DNA of 64,000 nucleotides from Octopus sinensis (taxonomy: Eukaryota). Below, piece by piece: positions 63,435 through 64,000 of the stretch (positions within the stretch are counted from its first letter, which is position 1; each line of letters begins with the position of its first letter). The notes beneath the pieces were generated by a model. It was not told the DNA's origin and searched no databases. It saw only the letters and a list, made by a program, of their open reading frames with translations. The DNA lies in contig NC_043000.1 in the NCBI RefSeq assembly GCF_006345805.1, positions 41,292,001-41,356,000 of the forward strand, written 5' to 3'. A program made the position numbers and the translations under genes.

Positions 63435-63689
63435 TCACTCGCACAAACACACATACATGCATATACACATTTACGTATACGTAGAAAATGGTGAAGAGGT
63501 AGATTTACTGGAGTGGAGGATAGAATGTCTCACTTTGTTTCGACTCCCTATGCTCGGAGTGTAGATCCTGTCTATATCAAGTTAGCTTCTTTTCTTATTC
63601 GATAAAAGCGCATTATTCTAGGCCAGCGCATCAGTGAAATTCCTAAAATTTGTGCAAGATATCTTGCCAAATCGTTTTCTGCTGTTCAT

Positions 63690-64000
63690 GCTTTTCACAT
63701 GTGCCGGTAAGGCGACACTGGCAACGATCACGCTAGAATGGTGCTTTTTGTGTGCCACCGGCACGGGATCCAATCCGTGGCCCCAGCAACGATCACGCCG
63801 TTCAAATGTGCTTTTAACGTTCCACTGGCACGAATGCCAATCAGGCGGTACTGTCATCGGACACGTCAGCGATTTTGATTTGATTTCACTTGCCTCAATA
63901 GGTCTTCGCAAACAGAGTTTATTGTCTAATGAAAGAGGGCTACTCATAACTGGGCTAGTTACACCCACTGACATAAGGCCATGGGCTATGATCTCACTTG
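63690..64000 (-). mobile_element. Probable RTE-type LINE 3' UTR with internal sub-repeats
   Basis: Window ends at ...AAG TGA (stop) on the minus strand; GCAACGATCACGC occurs twice; GC-richer complex repeat. Family call is from memory. Confidence 0.5.

Noticed and set aside
63618-63974. 118-aa minus-strand ORF
   Set aside because: It lies in the putative 3' UTR downstream of a LINE stop codon and has no recognisable domain.

Overview
This is an AT-rich eukaryotic (animal) genomic window with no intact host gene that I can support. The repeat landscape (dense (AT)n/(CA)n/(ATAC)n/(AGAT)n tracts, four tRNA-derived SINE families, RTE/CR1/R4/Penelope retroelement relics, five Tc1/mariner lineages, Helentron-type elements) looks like a coleoid cephalopod, probably Octopus, intron or intergenic region; that assignment is inference. 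All long ORFs are broken transposon ORFs or microsatellite translations. Two things stand out. (1) Seven hand-folded type I hammerhead-ribozyme motifs (6173, 11486, 34839, 43212, 44223, 52435, 63178) plus two decayed ones, which differ strongly in sequence and probably represent several families. Several have palindromic stem III. Two sit in small non-coding partial-tandem (about 1.3-1.4-mer) elements resembling retrozymes or Penelope pseudo-LTRs. One has a compensated G3:C8 core swap (GUGAACA). Most are embedded in (AT)n. (2) A 2.9-kb AT-rich satellite of phased A4T4 tracts organised as a foldback, with mirror-image arms and a ~1.16-kb higher-order repeat. Coordinates were counted by hand. 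Boundaries of decayed elements are approximate, and no folding program or database search was run.
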